Assembly: GCA_002633005.1 (NCBI GenBank)
Contig: NMRA01000436.1
Location: forward strand, 1 to 64,000
Reading direction: 5' to 3'
Length of the DNA: 64,000 nt
Source of the DNA: Phoronis australis
Lineage: Eukaryota; Animalia; Phoronida
Shown: piece after piece, positions 62,276-64,000 of the stretch
How the letters are laid out: the number at the start of each line of letters is the position of its first letter
How positions within the stretch are numbered: the stretch's first letter is position 1
Notes under the pieces: generated by a model
The model's database searches: none
Told to the model about the DNA's origin: nothing
The model's input: only the letters and a program-made list of their open reading frames with translations
Position numbers and translations under genes: made by a program

Positions 62276-62963
62276 CATGCATATATGCACATGGAGTTAT
62301 AATTAAAACATACCATAATTCTTGAGACGATTCATGTCAAGATAATTTGAAGTAATCGATGAAAATCTGACCTGGTTTGCTCGAGTTTCTCTTACCGGGT
62401 ACCATTTTGAGGAAGTTACGCGAAATCACGCATGTTGACGAAAAAAGTCCAAGAGACACAAATCTTATAAATTTCACCTGATACCTTCTCATGCTATTTT
62501 ACAAATGTCACGAGAAAGCGTCACGCGCTGTCCCAGTTTCGCGCTAGCTTTTACCTATCTCACGTGACTCAGTTGAAATTTTATGGTCATCGCGCACGTG
62601 GTGAAAAAGTTAATGGTAACCAAAAAGTGGAGTTGGAATTCTTTGCCAAAGTCACCTTAATTCTCGCAACTGAGCTTCATCGAAGATATGTGTAGAAGTA
62701 GAAAGGACCACTGAAGAGAGCGCTTTTTAAGCGATAGTTTTAATTGTGGAATGTATTTTTGACGAGGTGAAAACTTAGCGGTGGCCGGATTTGGCCTACC
62801 GCCCGTTGAAAATACGCGGGACGAATATCGTACAGAAACCAAGGGGCTACGTGTTGCCTAGATTCCGTGTTGCTTTCACCAGATTGATGTTCTTCTCCGT
62901 CATCCACGTCGAAAACCGACGTATGGAAAATTGTGTGGACTCCAGACCTTGGTTTCTAACCTC

Positions 62964-63028
62964 CTCGCTGGTTCCCTGCGTGCCGCTAGGTGGTCAGTAG
63001 CCAGCACGCTGGCTAGGGAACCAGCGAG
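62964..63028 (+). mobile_element. 65-bp minimal MITE of the same family, 10-bp TSD TTCTAACCTC
   Basis: CTCGCTGGTTCCCT ... AGGGAACCAGCGAG. TSD at 62954-62963 and 63029-63038. Confidence 0.88.
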
Positions 63029-64000
63029 TTCTAACCTCTAACCCATTTTTTACGAAAGGGGTGTACTGTTTTTGTCTCTTGTTGATAGTGCATAATTTTT
63101 TGTTTTTGAAATGCATTAATCGTATTGAATGCATTTAGAAGAAATGGCTTCATTAACAGTGTACACTATAAAGTTTTGAAAATAAATAGAGCTGTAACAA
63201 GACTCCCTAAGAATCAAGCTTGTTTTCGAAAGCTTTGCGCCATTGTATTGGTGATCTTATTGGTTCATGCACTTACGGCGGGAAAATGATAGACCCAGTT
63301 ATTGCGCACGTGAGCACTGTACATTCATTCTCAATGAATCGCGACAAATGCTGAAGCCAATGTTCAGCTCACCACAGAGAATGTCCAAAGTCATGAAACA
63401 ATGTCAAAAGACCTTTAAAATAAAGAATAATATGTCTAACGTGGGTGGTGTGTCTTATGACCGGCTACAGTTTACATGGTACAGTGTAGGTGTCACAATG
63501 CACCATGTAGCCTAGGGTTCCATAAAATTGAGTGAAGCTGAAAAAACGACAAAGTAGAAACAAGCTCTCTTTTGTTATAATAACTTGTCCAATCGAAACG
63601 AATAATTGCGTTTTGGAAACTCAGCGAGACATATTTAAAGAGAAAGTCAACGTTTTTTATCAACAAAAAATAAATTTTAATTACCACCATGTTTACTGAG
63701 TGAAGCCAAATCTCAAATCATTTACGAGACCTCATTGGCGTGTTTCTTGAAAAAAAGTTTCAAGAGATATTTTAGTGAATTCGCGATCAATAATTTGTAA
63801 TACACAAAAACGGCGATAGCATTATTTTTTAAACCTTTGCCTTATCTGAAATTGGCTGAGTGGCACTGCTTTTCAAGAAGCGCAGTGGATTTTTTTTTTG
63901 GAATCATTTACGAGACGTGCATAAATTCAACAATAGTGCGTTGATTAAAAGGAAGATGTGGAAACTAAAATAACTCTACAAAGCTATGGTGATGTGCAAA

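Overview
Eukaryotic, AT-rich, repeat-dense animal DNA. A marine invertebrate (possibly a lophotrochozoan) is my inference from the repeat types only. The window is dominated by one 25-exon + strand gene (8853-55719) that I reconstructed by hand into a continuous 973-aa KIF28/KLP-6-like kinesin-3: motor, coiled coil, FHA, putative C2-like region and a C-terminal CTVQ CaaX box. Its first intron is a textbook minor-spliceosome (U12) AT-AC intron, and an X-box-like plus forkhead motif pair lies just upstream of the ATG. Introns and flanks hold many mobile elements: a deleted mariner, Helentron/HINE-like elements, an Academ-like element with a nested CMC-like element inserted into a minisatellite, Kolobok-like MITEs (one built from two THAP-start arms), a MITE family with 10-bp TSDs, decayed LINE pieces and several minisatellites. 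There are four N gaps, and several single-N joins flanked by duplications that look like assembly artefacts. No rRNA, tRNA or CRISPR array was seen.
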